DNA of 64,000 nt. Source: Octopus sinensis. Lineage: Eukaryota. The DNA lies in the NCBI RefSeq assembly GCF_006345805.1, contig NC_043002.1, forward strand, positions 82,770,001-82,834,000, given 5' to 3'. Positions 10,480-24,750 of the stretch are shown here, one piece after another. Under the pieces are notes generated by a model, which worked only from the letters and a program-made list of their open reading frames with translations, had not been told where the DNA came from and did not search any database. Numbering within the stretch: the stretch's first letter is position 1; each line of letters starts with the position of its first letter. Position numbers and translations under genes: made by a program.

Positions 10480-11745
10480 TCCTGGGACTCCTCTATGCTG
10501 ATGACTTTCTTCTTACAGCTGAATCACTACCAGAACTGGAGAAAAGATTTCAGGAGTGGAAGAAAGCTCTGAAATCAAAGGGTTTCAGAGTTAATTTAGC
10601 AAAAACCAAAGTCTTAGTAAATAGGAAAGCTGAAAAATTTCTAATCCCTTCGGGTAGGCTAACAAACAAAAGTCACGTCTCCCTCTAATCTTGCAGAGAT
10701 TCTTGATATGATTCTTGATACTCAATATGTAGAAAAGGCATATGTAGAAACTCCATAAAGTGTACCTGGTCCAAGCTATGGACACATAAGAGGTGCAGCA
10801 GTATCAGTGGAAGATTAACAGGGAAAATATTTTGTGTGTGTGGCAGATGCATCGGTACAACAAACATTAGAAATATACAGAAAATAGACTATCAAATGCC
10901 AGGTGGGATACCTAGTAGTTGATAGCTTCCTTTATCTAGGTGACCAAGTCATTGGTGGAAGTGGATGCTCTGAGAATAAGCTGCTAGAATAAGAATAGGC
11001 TGGGAAAAGTTCAGAGAGCTTCTACCTTTGTTAGCAACAAAGAGTCTTTCCCTCAGAGTGAAGGGCAGATTGTATGATGCCTGTATGCAAACAGCCATGC
11101 TACACAGCAGTGAAACATAGGCTGTGGCTGCAGAGTTCATGCAAAGTCTTGAAGAATGAACCTAATTTGCTTTGCTAGATGTGCAATGTCAGTGTGCAAG
11201 TACGCCAGAGTGTAAGCATCTTGAAAGAAAAATTAAGTATAAGAGATACAACTCTGCTAGTATGGTCATGTGATGTGTATGGATGAGGATAACTGCATAA
11301 AAAAGTGCTGATCTCTGTGGAGGAACTTGTGGAAAAGGTAGACTCTGGAAGACTTGGGACAAAGTAATGAAGCATGATCTTTAAATGTGGAGTCTCACGG
11401 AGGCTGTGACAGGTGATCATGACTTTTGGTGATTTGCTGTGCTTGAGAAGACTTGTCAAGCTAAGTGAAATCGTAATTGTGGCTAGTGCCAGTGACACGT
11501 AACAGCATCTGTGTTGGTGACACATAAAAGCATCAGTGCCAGTGACATGTAAAAGGCACTTGTGCCAATGACACATAAATGGCACCTGCTATTCTTTCAG
11601 AGTGGTGGGCATTAGAAAGGGCATCCAACTGTAGAAACCAAGCCAAAGTCAGACTGGATCCTGGTGCAGCTCCCTGGCTTGTCCGTTCCAGTCAAAGTGT
11701 CTAATCCATGCCAGCATGGAAAGCAGACATTAGATGATGATGACT
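10480..11745 (+). mobile_element. RTE-clade LINE, degenerate RT-to-3'-end fragment
   Basis: LLYADDFLLTAESLPELEKRFQEWKK..LKSKGFRVNLAKTKV, then YLGD, KGRLYDAC motifs, 3' UTR and GAT tail. Confidence 0.85.
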
Positions 11746-13699
11746 GTCTCAAATGCCCAGAATATACATCTTAAATACAGATTTTCTGGTTCTAATCAAA
11801 GGAAATCTCTTTCAATGGATTAGTAAAATTCCCTACCCATGACAAAGCGGAGGCCTACTCAACTTAATTGTAACACCATCTTGGATAGCACATCAACAAT
11901 ACTGGAAACAGAAAATGATTTTTTCTTATCATGAAGTCATTTCTTTACATATTGAATAGGTTGTGGTTAAAAAGTTCACTTTGAACTATGTGGTTTTGAG
12001 TTCAGTCCCATTGTGCAGAAACTTTTAGGGAACCCACTGTGTGTATGGGTGTGTGTGAATGTTGATATCCCACAGCTTCATTTGTCAGTAGAATGTCTTG
12101 CACTCAAGAGAAATAGTATGATATTTACATCTCTAGTTGACATTATGATTGATCAGCTTGCACTTTCAAAGATCTGTGGAATAAAAATTCTCTTACTTGG
12201 AAAACAGGCAAGGGTTGGTGCCAGGAAGAACATCTTACTGTAAATTCTTCTCAAACAAGCCACTGTCCAATCCATGGTAGCCTAGAAAAATGGACATTAA
12301 GACAACAAACAAATGAATGAATCCCATTGGCCAGAATGTCCAAACATTCATCCACTAACAGGCAAAACATCTAGTCAGAAAGGAAATTCAACAAGTAAAC
12401 TTAGAACTTGTAGATTTCCAAGAAACCTACGAAGTATGTTCCAGGACCAGATGCTATTGCATTTGGACAAAAATTGAAAAATTCACTTCTCAGCATCATT
12501 TTGATGCGCATTTCTACTAAAATTGAAAATTGTTACTAAAAGTCCTAAATATCCAAAACATAAAAAAAGAGGCTCTGTTTAAAACCTTTAGGTCCAACAC
12601 ACACCCAGACTGTAAAGCTAAAAATACAAAACAATTTATGCAAAAAGAAAAAAAAGGTGATTGAAGATTTTAATGATCAACAAATATTTTGAAAGCTTGA
12701 AATGGTATTCCTACCTCCTTATACAAATACACTGCAAAAGTAAAAGAGTTTCTAGTACAAGGGGATGCTGGAAAGCTCCTGGCTTTGGGTGAAAGAAAAT
12801 ATAGGAGGATCAATTAATTATGATTTTATTCAACATATTCCCCTCTCAGATTCATATACTTATTGCAGTAGTCCTTCAGTTTTTCTAAACCTTGTAAAAG
12901 AACTCGAAAGATTGGGCCTCCAACCAAGCCTTTCGCAATATCCTTAAAGCCAAGAACTTTTCAGCACTCTCTTGTACATGATGAAGCACTTCCAACCATA
13001 GAAACCATGCCACAACAGACAGTTGGAGTCTGGACTGCTCCCTGCTAGCCAGCTACATGTCAAACTGTCCAACCCATGCCAGCATTGAGAGTGAACGTTA
13101 AACGATGATGATTATCTATGATTTAGTATCACTAGATACTTATTATGATGGCAAACTCCCTCACTTAACCTAATGATTGGGAAGAATCACTAGTTTTTGA
13201 CCTCATGTAAGTGGATACACAAGGAATCCTAAGCCTACCTAATAATCTTAGCCCAGTGACCATACTAACTACCCACCTAGTCAATAATATTGCATCTAGT
13301 GTAATAGCACAGTTATGTTTTGCGTGGATTCAGAGTTACTTTGTAAAGTTTTGGGTTCCATCTCACTGCATAACACTTTGAGCAAGGGTCTTCTATAGCC
13401 TGGAGTTGACTGATGCCTTGTGAATGGAATTGGTAAATGGAAACTGTATGGAACCCAATCGTGAATGCACATATATGTGAAAGTTGTCATTCCTCATCTT
13501 CACTTTCAGAGCCCAATAGAATAAAATATCCTTTACTTGAAAAATAAGGAAGGGTTGCTGACAGGAAAGACATCTGGCTATAAAATGCTGCCTCAAGTAT
13601 GTCCTTGTCCAACCCATGCCATCATGGGAAAACAAATACAAATGAATGAGCAAATACCAGACACAACACAGCATTCACTGGACACTATATGTTTCTTTA

Positions 13700-14560
13700 G
13701 ATTGGCATACAATCCAATGTCATGCCTATTAACGAAAAAGCTTCTAAATCTCACGCACTAAACTATAAACCAAATATCAGTTACACCTGTCTTCTCTAAA
13801 ACAGAGTCTCAAGCAACATCAGCAACTATCTGACAGTCATTGATCATTTCAATGACATCCAAATGGCACAAACTGCTTGTTCCATCTAGATATTATTAAA
13901 ATGATCAATGAATGTCAGAATGACTTAGGAGTGCAACAGCTGTGAATCCTACCCTCTATCAACAGTACAAGACCTGGCAGAAAGCTAGGACAAAAAAATA
14001 GAGATCGGTATGGTTGTGATTGAACTAGATTTTGCAAAATCCTATGAAAAATATATTTTTAGTGAATTAGTATATGAATGTAAATACTACATATTGAACA
14101 TTAAGACCTAGAATGGATAGAGTTTTGATTAAAAAGTAGTGCTACAAATAGTTTGCAAATCAGTAGTAACAACTATACTATCGGGAGTACTACAGGGTTC
14201 TTTGCTGGAGGTATTTTCACTGTTCCTGTCATACATGAGTTACCTAAAGTAATTATCTCATTAAGTTTGCAGTTGATACTTTGATGTATAAACACTAACA
14301 TAGTTTTCTTACTGTAAAAATCTATTGTTATTAAAGATTTGGATTGATACATTGCAGATGAAATTCTATGGCTCCAAATGTATAAAGGTAACTGTTGACC
14401 TGCTACAACATGATTTTCAATACTGACTCAATATGCTTCCAGAAAGATAGCCAATATAAATATTTTGGTGACCCTTATCACTCACAATCTGAGTTTTGAC
14501 TTAGAACTTCTCTAAGAGAATGCAATAAAATCATATACATGCTCAATAGGTTCCTCAGAA
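13700..14560 (+). mobile_element. CR1/L2-type LINE reverse transcriptase remnant
   Basis: Degenerate motifs in order: NYKP-IS, LDFAKSY, SGVLQGSLL, FAVDTLMY, QMKFYGSKC. Confidence 0.7.
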
Positions 14561-15809
14561 GAAACTGCAACAAAGATCTTGACATACAAAATTATTTTTA
14601 GATCATCATCATTTCACATTTCACATTTGAACTTCCTTGTTAGCTTGGGTTGGATAGGTTTTCTGAGACTGTTTTGTGGCCAGATGCTCTTCCTGTACTG
14701 ATTCTTTTGATTGCTCTTTACATGATGTAAGGATGTGTGCTTATTCCAAAAATAGGATATACACAATATTTGAAAAGAGAATCCCCTTGGAATCAATACA
14801 AGAAAAAGCCTTCATATTAGCACATTGCATATCTAAATATGAGTGCATCAGCAGCAGAATGGTGGCTGAAGGATTCATGTACTTGGAAAAGAGAAAACCT
14901 ACAAAAGATTTTTATTATGGATGAAATTTTGTAGTGCAATGGATACTGCAAACATGTTTGGCATCTTTTAAAGAGCACAATAAGATCAAAAACGCATACA
15001 AACTTTAATTGTATACTTAATAATATTCTGAATAGCAACATGTAACCAAGCACTGACTTGAGACAATATGTAACTCCACAACTAAACACTGATTGTTAGT
15101 CGTGTGTCTGTGTAAGAAATCAATATATTCAATTATGCCGTGACCATCCTATAAGTTAAAATAATCATGTTTGTTTGACAAACTTGTTCGGTTACAAATC
15201 TTGACATTTGTAGCTATGAAACAACCATGGTATTAAAACAAATTGACTATCTTTCTAATTTATTATGTAATATCATTTTTCCATAATTTGTTTGTAATGC
15301 ACGTCTTACTTTGAGATTGCTTTACTGTTTATTATTATGTACTAACCATTCCAAATTATTGTATTAAGTTTACCAAATATCTATGAGTAAACTTAATTTG
15401 TTGAAGTACTCAAGACATGGCAGTGAAATTCTGTTGTGAAGTCAATTAATAAAAGATTTGCAGTGCACAGGAGGGCTGTGGTTAAGAAGTTCACTTCCTG
15501 TCCGCGTTGTTTCGAGTTCAGTCCCACTCTATGGTACCTTGTACAAATGTCTTCTACTATTATCCTAGATTGCTTTATTGTTTATGAATAGATTTGATAG
15601 ACTGAAACTGAAAGAATACCGTGTGTGTGTGTGTCTGTGTTTGTTTATATTTGTCCTTCACCAAAAATCTGAGTCACAAGCAGTGACATTGTTACCATTT
15701 CCCATGTCAACAAATCTCCCATTAGCTTTGTGCTTGCAGATAAGCTTCAGCAATAGGAAGGACATCTGGCTTTAAAAGGATGCCTCAGTAATACACTCAT
15801 CTAACCTAT

Positions 15810-16200
15810 ACTTACTTAATCCTTTTGCTAACTATAGAGCATAGGCCATTGATGACTTTTTTCCACTGTTCTCAACTGTGAGCTGTCATTTTTGCTTGTC
15901 TCCAGCTGGATCCCTGTTTTTTCAGCTCTGCTTTAGTCATATGTTTCCTGAAGGAAAGGTTTTCCTCTCTTAGGTTTTGTTGGTCTTTAATTGTCATCAA
16001 TGCTTTTGTAACTTTGCTTTTTTTTTCTAGGTAAGAGTGTTGGCCCTAAGAGTGTTGCAAACCCATTTTTACCTCTGGGAAAAGGCAGTCCTTATTGTCT
16101 GACCTCTGTCCTTTGACCTGTCCAGCATGGGAAGCCCTATCAGGAACTTGCTGATATAACACATACTACCTTATCTCAACAAGAACAGGACCTTATTGTG
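15810..16200 (-). mobile_element. Short bipartite RTE-derived non-autonomous element, copy 1
   Basis: Colinear similarity to 57395-57800: RTE-like 5' UTR joined to the last codons of ORF2. Confidence 0.55.
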
Positions 16201-17472
16201 AAATCTTAAAAAATGCCTGTAAAAAGAATGAAAGATGTTATTCTTATCTACATGAATTTAACTTCGATATTGAACTGTGTTCTTGTGATTGAGGATGTTG
16301 TCATCTAGATTTTATAATTCGTTTTTGAGCACTCTGTATTTTCTAATTTAAGGTTGTTTGTTATTCTCTTCATCGTTATTATTTTAGCTTCTGTTTTTTC
16401 AAGCATGGATTGAACATGTCTGCAGAACAGCCTACATCCATTCATTTTGGTCATGTTTCATTTTGTTTGTGGTGCCCTTTTCTCGTTTCTTATTACTTTT
16501 CATGTCTCCCTGGTCCCCCTCAAATACAAGTTACCTTCAACAGACTGCTCACTGTGCTTTTATACTCAGTTTATGTCCACCCTTTTGTTGGTTGTTATAA
16601 ATAGATATATAGTTAGATCAGTAGTTCTTCAAACTGTCTTCGTGTCTCTTCATATAGGAATGAATCGGTTTGTCTGCTAATGCTGATGTTTCAAACTAGC
16701 AACTTTATGCCTGCTCAAACTGTAAATACTGCTAATGAATAACCACAAACACAAGCAATAGTTTAAATATAGAAAAGAATTTATAGCAGTGTGATTACTA
16801 AAGTTAGGTTTCTATGTATATTTATATAGGGTAATACAAAAGTCCTTTTAGCATTAAATAAAAACCAGCTAACTGAAGTCAGTTGGGCTTCTTAATGTGT
16901 GTCATTCCCTCTCTTTTTACCTTTCCCTCTCACCTTTTCACAAGAATCTTTACTCATTTACTGTATTTATTAAACCCCTCAACATCAGTTCATTGGATAA
17001 CTACCACAGCATTTTAAACTGACAACAATAGATCAGGGTAGCTGATCTATTGCTGTGCCATATTATAGTGCTAGCCACTCAGATCAGCCCAAGCAATCGT
17101 AGAGCATTACTATTATAGTGTATCCAATTTTTAGGACAATGAATATTATCTTTTGATTATGGCATTTTTCCAAAATACACAAAGCAGTTAGTATATATAT
17201 TGTCATTGTCTTCATTTTAACATCTACTTTTCCATGTTTGCAGTAGATGAATATTAAGATGGATTTATCCATGGCTGGATACTCTACCTGTCATCAACTC
17301 TTACCTACTTCCAAATAAAGTAATGTTTCCTCTAGGTTGGTTTTATCATAAACAGCAAAGTGGCCAGAGTTGTTTTCATCGAGGATTGCAAATGAACAAC
17401 ACTACTTGTATGATAGGGGCCATTTGTTTACAATCAGTGCATGATATCAAGACAAGATCACACAGACACACG

Positions 17473-17507
<35 letters not shown>

Positions 17508-17509
<2 letters not shown>

Positions 17510-17972
17510 TGCAGGCATGGCTGTGGGATAAGAAGCTTGCTTCCTAACCATTGTTCTGAGTTCAGTCCCACTGCATAGCACTTTGGGCAAATGCCTTGTT
17601 GTAGCCTCAGGCTAACCAAAGCCTTATGAGTGGATTTGATTGATGGAAGCTGAAAAGAAGTACATTGTATATATATGTTATCATCATCATCATCATCGTT
17701 TAACGTCCATTCTCCATGCTAGCATGGGTTGGACGGTTCGACCGGGGATCTGGGAAGCCAGAAGGCTGCACCAGGCTCCAGTCTTATCTGGCAGTGTTTC
17801 TACAGCTGGATGCCCTTCCTAACGCCAACCACTCCGTGAGTGTAGTGGGTGCTTTTTACGTGCCACCTGCACAGGTGCCAGGCGAGGCTGGCAACGGCCA
17901 CGGTCGGATTGGTGTATTTTATGTGCCACCGGCACAGAAGCCAGAAGAGGCGGTGCTGGCATCGGCCATGTG

Positions 17973-18010
<38 letters not shown>

Positions 18011-18300
18011 TTAAGTGATCAAGTGATGGTGGAGGGACAAACACACAAATGTATGTATATACACACACATGCATTTATGTATGTGCGTCTTTGTGTTTGT
18101 CCCCCCCCCCGTCACTTGACAACCCTATGTTGGTGTATTTATGTCCCTGTAGGTTAGTGGATCGGCAAAAGAGACTGATAGAATAAGTACTGGGCTTACA
18201 AAGAGTAAGTCCTGGGGTCAATTTATTTGACTAAAACCTAAAGTGGTGCTCCAGCATGGCCTCAGTCAGATGACTGAAATAAGTAAAAGAATAAGAGAAT
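17508..18300 (+). mobile_element. SINE family A interrupted in its central microsatellite by an RTE 3' end (17682-17970, minus)
   Basis: Head at 17508-17660 and tail at 18080-18300. The nested CATCATCGTTTAACGTCC element sits between TA runs. Confidence 0.75.
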
Positions 18301-18489
18301 ATATATATATATTAGGGATTTCTTTTGGTTTCCATCTTCGAAATCCATTCACAAGGTTGATGTGGAGCTATAGCAGAAAACACTTGCCCAAGGTACCAAG
18401 CAATGGGACTAAATCTGAAACCATTCTTAACTACACAATCATCGTTAATATTCACAACAAACTATCAAAGACAATATTCTTTTCTACTC

Positions 18490-18710
18490 TAAGCACAAGG
18501 CCCCAAATTTTTTTTCTGTTTGTGGGGAGGGGCCAGTCAATTAGATCGACCCCAGTACATAACTGGTACTTAATTTATCAACCTCAAAAAGATGAAAGGT
18601 AAAGTCGACCTCAGCAGAATTTGAACTCAGAACATAAAGACAGACGAAATACTGCTAAGCATTTCACCCAGTGTGCTAACGTTTCTGCCAGCTCACTGCC
18701 TTAATAGCAA
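18490..18710 (-). mobile_element. SINE family B
   Basis: Reverse match to 44370-44535. Confidence 0.75.
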
Positions 18711-19039
18711 AGACAATATTAAAAATATCATCATCATCATGTCTACTTTTCTATGCTTGCATGGGGCAGAATTTCCTACAGCCATTACTGATGCCTCCAC
18801 CCCCACCTGTTTCCAAGTTAATTAATAATCTCTCAATCTGTTGAACAACAAACAGCTCGGACGTGGTCATGCAGGGAACTTAAAACAATACCATAAATGA
18901 GACTTATGTCTACAACCAGCAAACACATGTGAAGACAAGGGGAAATACAAGCTCACTCATACACAACCATACATCTATCCAACTCATGCCAGCATGGAAC
19001 ATAGATGTTAAATGCTGATGATATATATATATATATATA

Positions 19040-19440
19040 TATATGTATATTCTTTTATTCTTCTACTTGATTCATTCACTTGACTGCAGCCATACAGGAG
19101 CACTGTCTTTAAAGGTTTTAGTCAAACAAATCAACCCCAAAACCTTTTTTTTTTAAACCAAGTACTTATTCTATTGGTCTCTCATGGCAAACATTTAAGT
19201 TACAGGAATGTAAATACACCACCACCGGTTGTCAAGTGATGATGTGTGTGTGTGAGGGAGGAGACAAACAAAGACACATACATACATATATATATATACA
19301 ACAGGCTTCTTTCAGTTTCCACCTACCAAATCCACTCACAAGGCTTTGGTTGGCCTGAGATTATAGTAGCAGACACTTAACCCAAGGTACCATGTAGTGA
19401 AACTGAACCCAGAACCATGTGGTTGGGAAGCAATCTTCTT
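19040..19440 (-). mobile_element. SINE family A, near full length
   Basis: Reverse match to 55912-56270 over head, body and tail. Confidence 0.75.
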
Positions 19441-20099
19441 ATCACACAGCCACATGTACACACTTACACACACATACATATCTGACAGTCTTCTTTCAGT
19501 TTTCATCTTCCAAGTCCACTCACAAAGCTTTGCTCAATCTAGGGCTGCAGAGGAAGTCACTTGTCCTAGGTACTATGCTGTGGGATTGAACCAGATACCA
19601 TGTAGTTGGGAAGTAAACTTCATCTCACAGCTAAACTACAAAATCATAGCAAAATATAAAATAAAAAATTTCATCGATCATTTGAACCTGTGATTCTCAA
19701 CCACTCTTTACCTTTGGACTCCTTTGATTTTTCTTTCTCAAGGCGGATCTCCACAGTCATTTGATGTTTATAAGATCCTCTTGAATTTTTATAATTAAAC
19801 ATTATTAGGAAATGTATAAAAAAATTTTTAATATTTTGTGTATTGTAGAAGAATAACCGATTTATTGCACATAAATTTTAACAACAAAATTCTATATGGA
19901 CTTTCAAGGGTCATATGGACACTACTAATTTAAATGCTTGGCACCTTAGGTAAGTGTCTTCTACTATAATCACTGGCTAACCAAAGCCATGTGAGTAGAT
20001 TTGATAGGTAGAAACTGAAAGAAGCTCATCATATATGTATGTATTTATTTGTGTGTCTTTGTGTCTGTGTTTGTCCCCCTCCTCTATCACTGTTTGACA

Positions 20100-20876
20100 A
20101 CCACTTTTGGAATCCAGCCAGGAAGTTACTTTCCATAAGCAAGTCAAGGACCGTCTGCAATTCACGCCAGATCTTGACAATGATGTTAAAACAGCAACCT
20201 TTGAGTTGCATTTTCACATTGGGAAAGAGCTGAAGGTCCGCAGGTGGTAAATCTGGCAAATCAAGCAGGTGTGATACCATATTGTTTTTGACAAGAAACT
20301 CAAGTGAAGAAAGCTCAGTGACAGAGTGCATTGTTGTCATGAAGAATTGGATTCTTCATGCTCCACAGATCCAGTTGTTTTCACCAAATGTCCTCCCTCA
20401 AACGCTTCAAAACGTCGCAGTAGAACTCTCGATTGACAGTCTGGCCCTGGGGGACAAATTCTCAATGCACAATGCCACATTTCCATGGGTGACACTCGTG
20501 ACAGTTCTTCCCATATCACTTATTGTCTTCCAGGGATGTTCTTCTGTGCCACTTGAAACATTGTGTGTGTGACCCATTGCCTCGTTGTTGTAAGCTTACC
20601 AAAGCATGCGCAGTGTCTCTGCTCTGTAGCAGACTTCCCTAGTTTAATGCAAAATTTCACGTTGGCTCTTTGTTCTTGTCTATGACAAAATCGCAGACTA
20701 CCACACACGTGATCACGAAACACAAATTTCTCAGCTTGTGAAGTAAATGCAGTGATGTCACTTGGCACACTACCTCATGAAGGTCGCTGCTAGCTCTCAC
20801 TGCACATGCAACCATATGCTGCCATCTGTTGGCACCCTACAGAACTAGTCCAGAAAACTTTTGACACCACCTCGTA
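20100..20876 (-). mobile_element. Internally deleted mariner (DD34D-type) element, copy 1
   Basis: EQRANVKFCIKLGKSAT and LPDLPPADLQLFPNVKMQLKG on minus. TIR end TACGAGGTGGTGTCAAAAG at 20876. The 3' end is truncated. Confidence 0.85.
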
Positions 20877-21384
20877 TGTTAGGCTTGGTATTCTCTTCCA
20901 TTGGCATTAACAAACTTGAGTTACTTTTACTTATGAGAAGTAGAAAAACAGTGTTAAATGTACAATAAATTCCTTATTGTGTGAGACTGTTGGATCTTCA
21001 AAGATGTTACATCTGAAATACTGAATTGGAATTTGCCTGGAAATAGACAATCCTGAAGTGTTCCCCTTTAATGCTTTATCTTTCATCTCCTTGTTGATTT
21101 CTCTTTGTATCCATATATTTATTAGGCCATTTTAATTTCAATGGCACATGTTTGGTTTGGGTGATATTTTAGAAACCTTTTTTGTGATAGATGAGCAAGT
21201 GATGTATCAAAATATTCAATAAGATTTTCTCATTAAAGTATTTAGTACAGTCATTCTTCAGTTTAAAAATATTAAAAATAAGCCTCCTCAATATCTCTCC
21301 CACTTTAACCATCTCAAAAGTGATGGTAATAACCATTAGCAACCACTTTCTCTGATACCTTGAATCCATCTCCTTCCTATCTCA

Positions 21385-23330
21385 GTGGTAACCAGAATGG
21401 ATTCCATAAAACCTGGAGACTTGCTTTTTCAACACTGGATTCTTAACCTTGAGAAATTTGGCATAAACACTATTGTTACACATGGTGGCAGAAAAACATT
21501 CAGCTGTTTCTGGCATGCACAAGTAACTAAACTACCTGCATATGGGCTCTGTCCATCTTTCAGATCATAAACTTCCTGTCAAATCACAGAATAGCATGTA
21601 CTGGTGAAACTCTTTCTAATGCTCTGGTGCACCCAAGTTCTTGTCCTTGACTTACACTTGTTCTTATATATCAATGACCTACTTGGCATTATCTCCTGCA
21701 GCACCCACTTGCTGATGGTACGACCATTATCTCTTTCTTAATCTTTTACTCACAAGTATCATTCACATGTAAATCTAAATACTTCTCACCAAACCTGCAT
21801 TTGATTTCATAAACAGAAACATCAGAAACATTCACCAGTAATATCACATCTATCCTTTCTGTCAGTGACACAAAAGCACAATCACTACACACACAAGAGA
21901 GAAACGCTCATGTACCTCATCCCTAAAATATAGATGACATGCAATGAAAATGCTCAAGGTTACTATAAATAATCAGTCTCACAATCACTGATGATCACAT
22001 ACTCATAACATACCAAAACAAAAGACTCAATTCTAATCACCAGTTTTCCTCTTTAAAGCCAGAGAGTAATCTAGTGATATCAAAAAGTTCCCAGACTAGT
22101 TCTGTTGTGAGAGCTGGCAGTGACCTTCATGAGGCAATATGCTGAGTGACATTGCAGTGTTTACTTTGCAAGTGGTGAAATTTGTATTTTTGTGTTCATC
22201 TGTGTGCTGTAGTCTTCAATTTTTGTAATGGACAGGAACAAAGAGCCAATGTGAAATCTTGTGTTAAACTTGAGAAGTCTGCTACAGAGATATTGAGCAT
22301 GCTTCAGCAAGCTTACAGCAATGAGGCAATGGGTCGTAAGCAATATTTCAAGTGGCACAGGTGCTTCAAAAGCAAAAGAATGTCTGGAAGACCTGCCATG
22401 AGTGTCACCCCCAGAAATGTGTGTTGTGCATCAAGAATTCATCCCCTAGGGCCAGACCATCAATCAAGAGTTCTACTGCAACATTTTGAAGCATTTGAGG
22501 TTGGACATTTGGTGAAAGCCACCGGATCTGTGAAGCATAAAAAATTGGATTCTTTGTGACAACAATGCACCTTATCTCCAAGGTCTCCTCACTCATGAGT
22601 TTTTCACCAAAAACAGCATGGTATCACTTCTGCACCCGCTGTAGTTGTGAAATTTAGTGCTTGCAGACTTCTATCTCTTCCCCCAGATGAAAATGTAGCT
22701 CAAAGGTCACTATTTTAACACATTGTTGAGTTCAAGAGCAAATCACAGGTCCTTGACTTGCTTATGGAAAATGACTTCCAGGCCTGATTCCAAAAGTGGC
22801 AGGAACCCTGGGACTGATGTATTGCTGCGTATGGTAACTATTTTGAAGGAGATGATGTTAAAAACTTAGGTAAATGTTATTTTTTATTAAACATAACTAG
22901 TCTAGGAATCTTTTAATATCACTTCGTACTTCAGCTTCCAACAATTGCTATTTCTTACATACACAAGAGAGCCACAATGGAATACTACTCCCAAATCTAG
23001 GATGGTGCTGATGCCACAACAAAACCCCACCATATTACACTAAAAAGAAGAAAATGAGCTATCTGCCTAATTGACATGAAGCTGCTCACCAACACTCTGT
23101 AACCTCTGACCTACTCTGCTTTTTGATATTGCAACTACCATGAATTTTACTCTTCAATTGGTTTTGTATCACCTCCACCCAAAGTTTATCACTTAGTTTA
23201 TTGATTCCTATTTGATAGAATCTTGCTTAGAAGAAACATTCACACCAATTTCAAAAGCACCTTTCAAAGGGAACATACTTTTTTATGTAAAATATCATCT
23301 AATCTCATTCCTGTTCCAGTATTTGAAAGT
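21385..23330 (+). mobile_element. CR1-type LINE RT remnant split by the mariner at 22072-22928
   Basis: NQNGF, KLPAYGL, FLYINDLL and LADGTT before the mariner. QQLL...RATMEYYSQI resumes directly after it. Confidence 0.7.
22072..22928 (+). mobile_element. Internally deleted mariner element, copy 2
   Basis: EQRANVKSCVKLEKSATEILSMLQQAYSNEAMGR..FKWHRCFK..SGRP. Both TIRs present (GTGATATCAAAAAGTTCCCAGACTAGTT and AACTAGTCTAGGAATCTTTTAATATCACTTCG|TA). Confidence 0.9.
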
Positions 23331-24750
23331 TACCAATGATCCATTTTGTTTTTACATATACACACAGATTTAGCAGTGGGATTAAGTTTTCTTCCCAATC
23401 ACATGGTTTTGGGTTCAGTCCCATTGCATGTCACCTTGAGCAAGTATCTTCTACTGTAATCCTGGGCGAAGCAAATCTTTGTAAGTGGATTTAGTAGATG
23501 GAAACTGAAAGAAGCCTCTCATGTGTGTGTATATATTATATGTATGTGCGTGTAAGTTTGCACATGTTTCTGTCACTTTGTCTAAACATCACATGAGTGT
23601 TGTAAATGCATATCATTCATTTCCAATATTCTGTGAAAGCATGTCTGGCCATGAAAAAAATACTGCTATATTGAAAACAGATAAGGATTGGTTACTGAAG
23701 GCCATCTGGCTGTGGAAAATCTGCTTCCAGAAACTCTATGCAAGCATGAAAAAGTGGATGTTAAAATGATGATGCTGATATAAAATTTTGCCTTGGACAC
23801 TGATCTCTTGTCAGCAGGGGTACTTCACATAACTCTTTTTAAGGAACTGGGGAGATTTCTACAGATCTTTATGGTATTCCAAATTTATAAAATAAGCTTC
23901 TGTCCTATTTTATTAACTACTACTTTGTTATCTGGATATAGTCCATTACTAATTTCTACAAACTTTTTATTGAATTAGTTGAGGCACATGGCTTAGTGAC
24001 TAGGGTGTTGGGCTCCTGATTGTAAGAATGTAGTTATGATTCTTGGACTGAGCTGTGGATTGTGTTCTTAATCAAAACCCTTCATTTCACACTGCTCCAA
24101 TCCACTCAGCTGGTAAAAATGAATAATCCTGCAATGGACCGGCGTCCCATCCAGGGAAGAATACACCAGAGAAACCAGGAAACCGACCCTATGCTTCTCA
24201 TGGAGTAATATGGGCTAACTATTTACTGAATTAAGTTGAATTCACTTAGTTGCTTCAACAAAACTTCAAAGAGGCCTTATAAATCTTTTTTTAACTGTTT
24301 TTTTTTTAAATATAAACACACATGTATTAAGAGTAACTCTATTTAAGCAAGCTATCATAGTTTAGCTAATTTATCAGCATCTATTTACATTGTTGCTATG
24401 ATGACACTTTGAGTCAAAGTGGCCAATGTCTTAATTGAGTTTGTGAATTATGGCATCAGTGACAAGTTTCAAAGGGTATCAATTTTGAAGACTGATATAA
24501 TTTGTTTTTTTTAATATAGATTTGAAGTTTGCATATGCATAGATTCCATTTCTTTGATGCACTTCTCCATCCTTGTATTGTAGACTAAATCACATGTTTC
24601 AGGGACACAGACCAATAAGTGTTCTTTCATCACGAATAATGTTACTCCATCCTAATGTGGGAGTATAATGTTTAGGTAGTATTATTTACCTTGTCACAGC
24701 ACTGGCTTATTTCTGATTTTATGTAATGCCAATGGTCATTGTACAATGGA

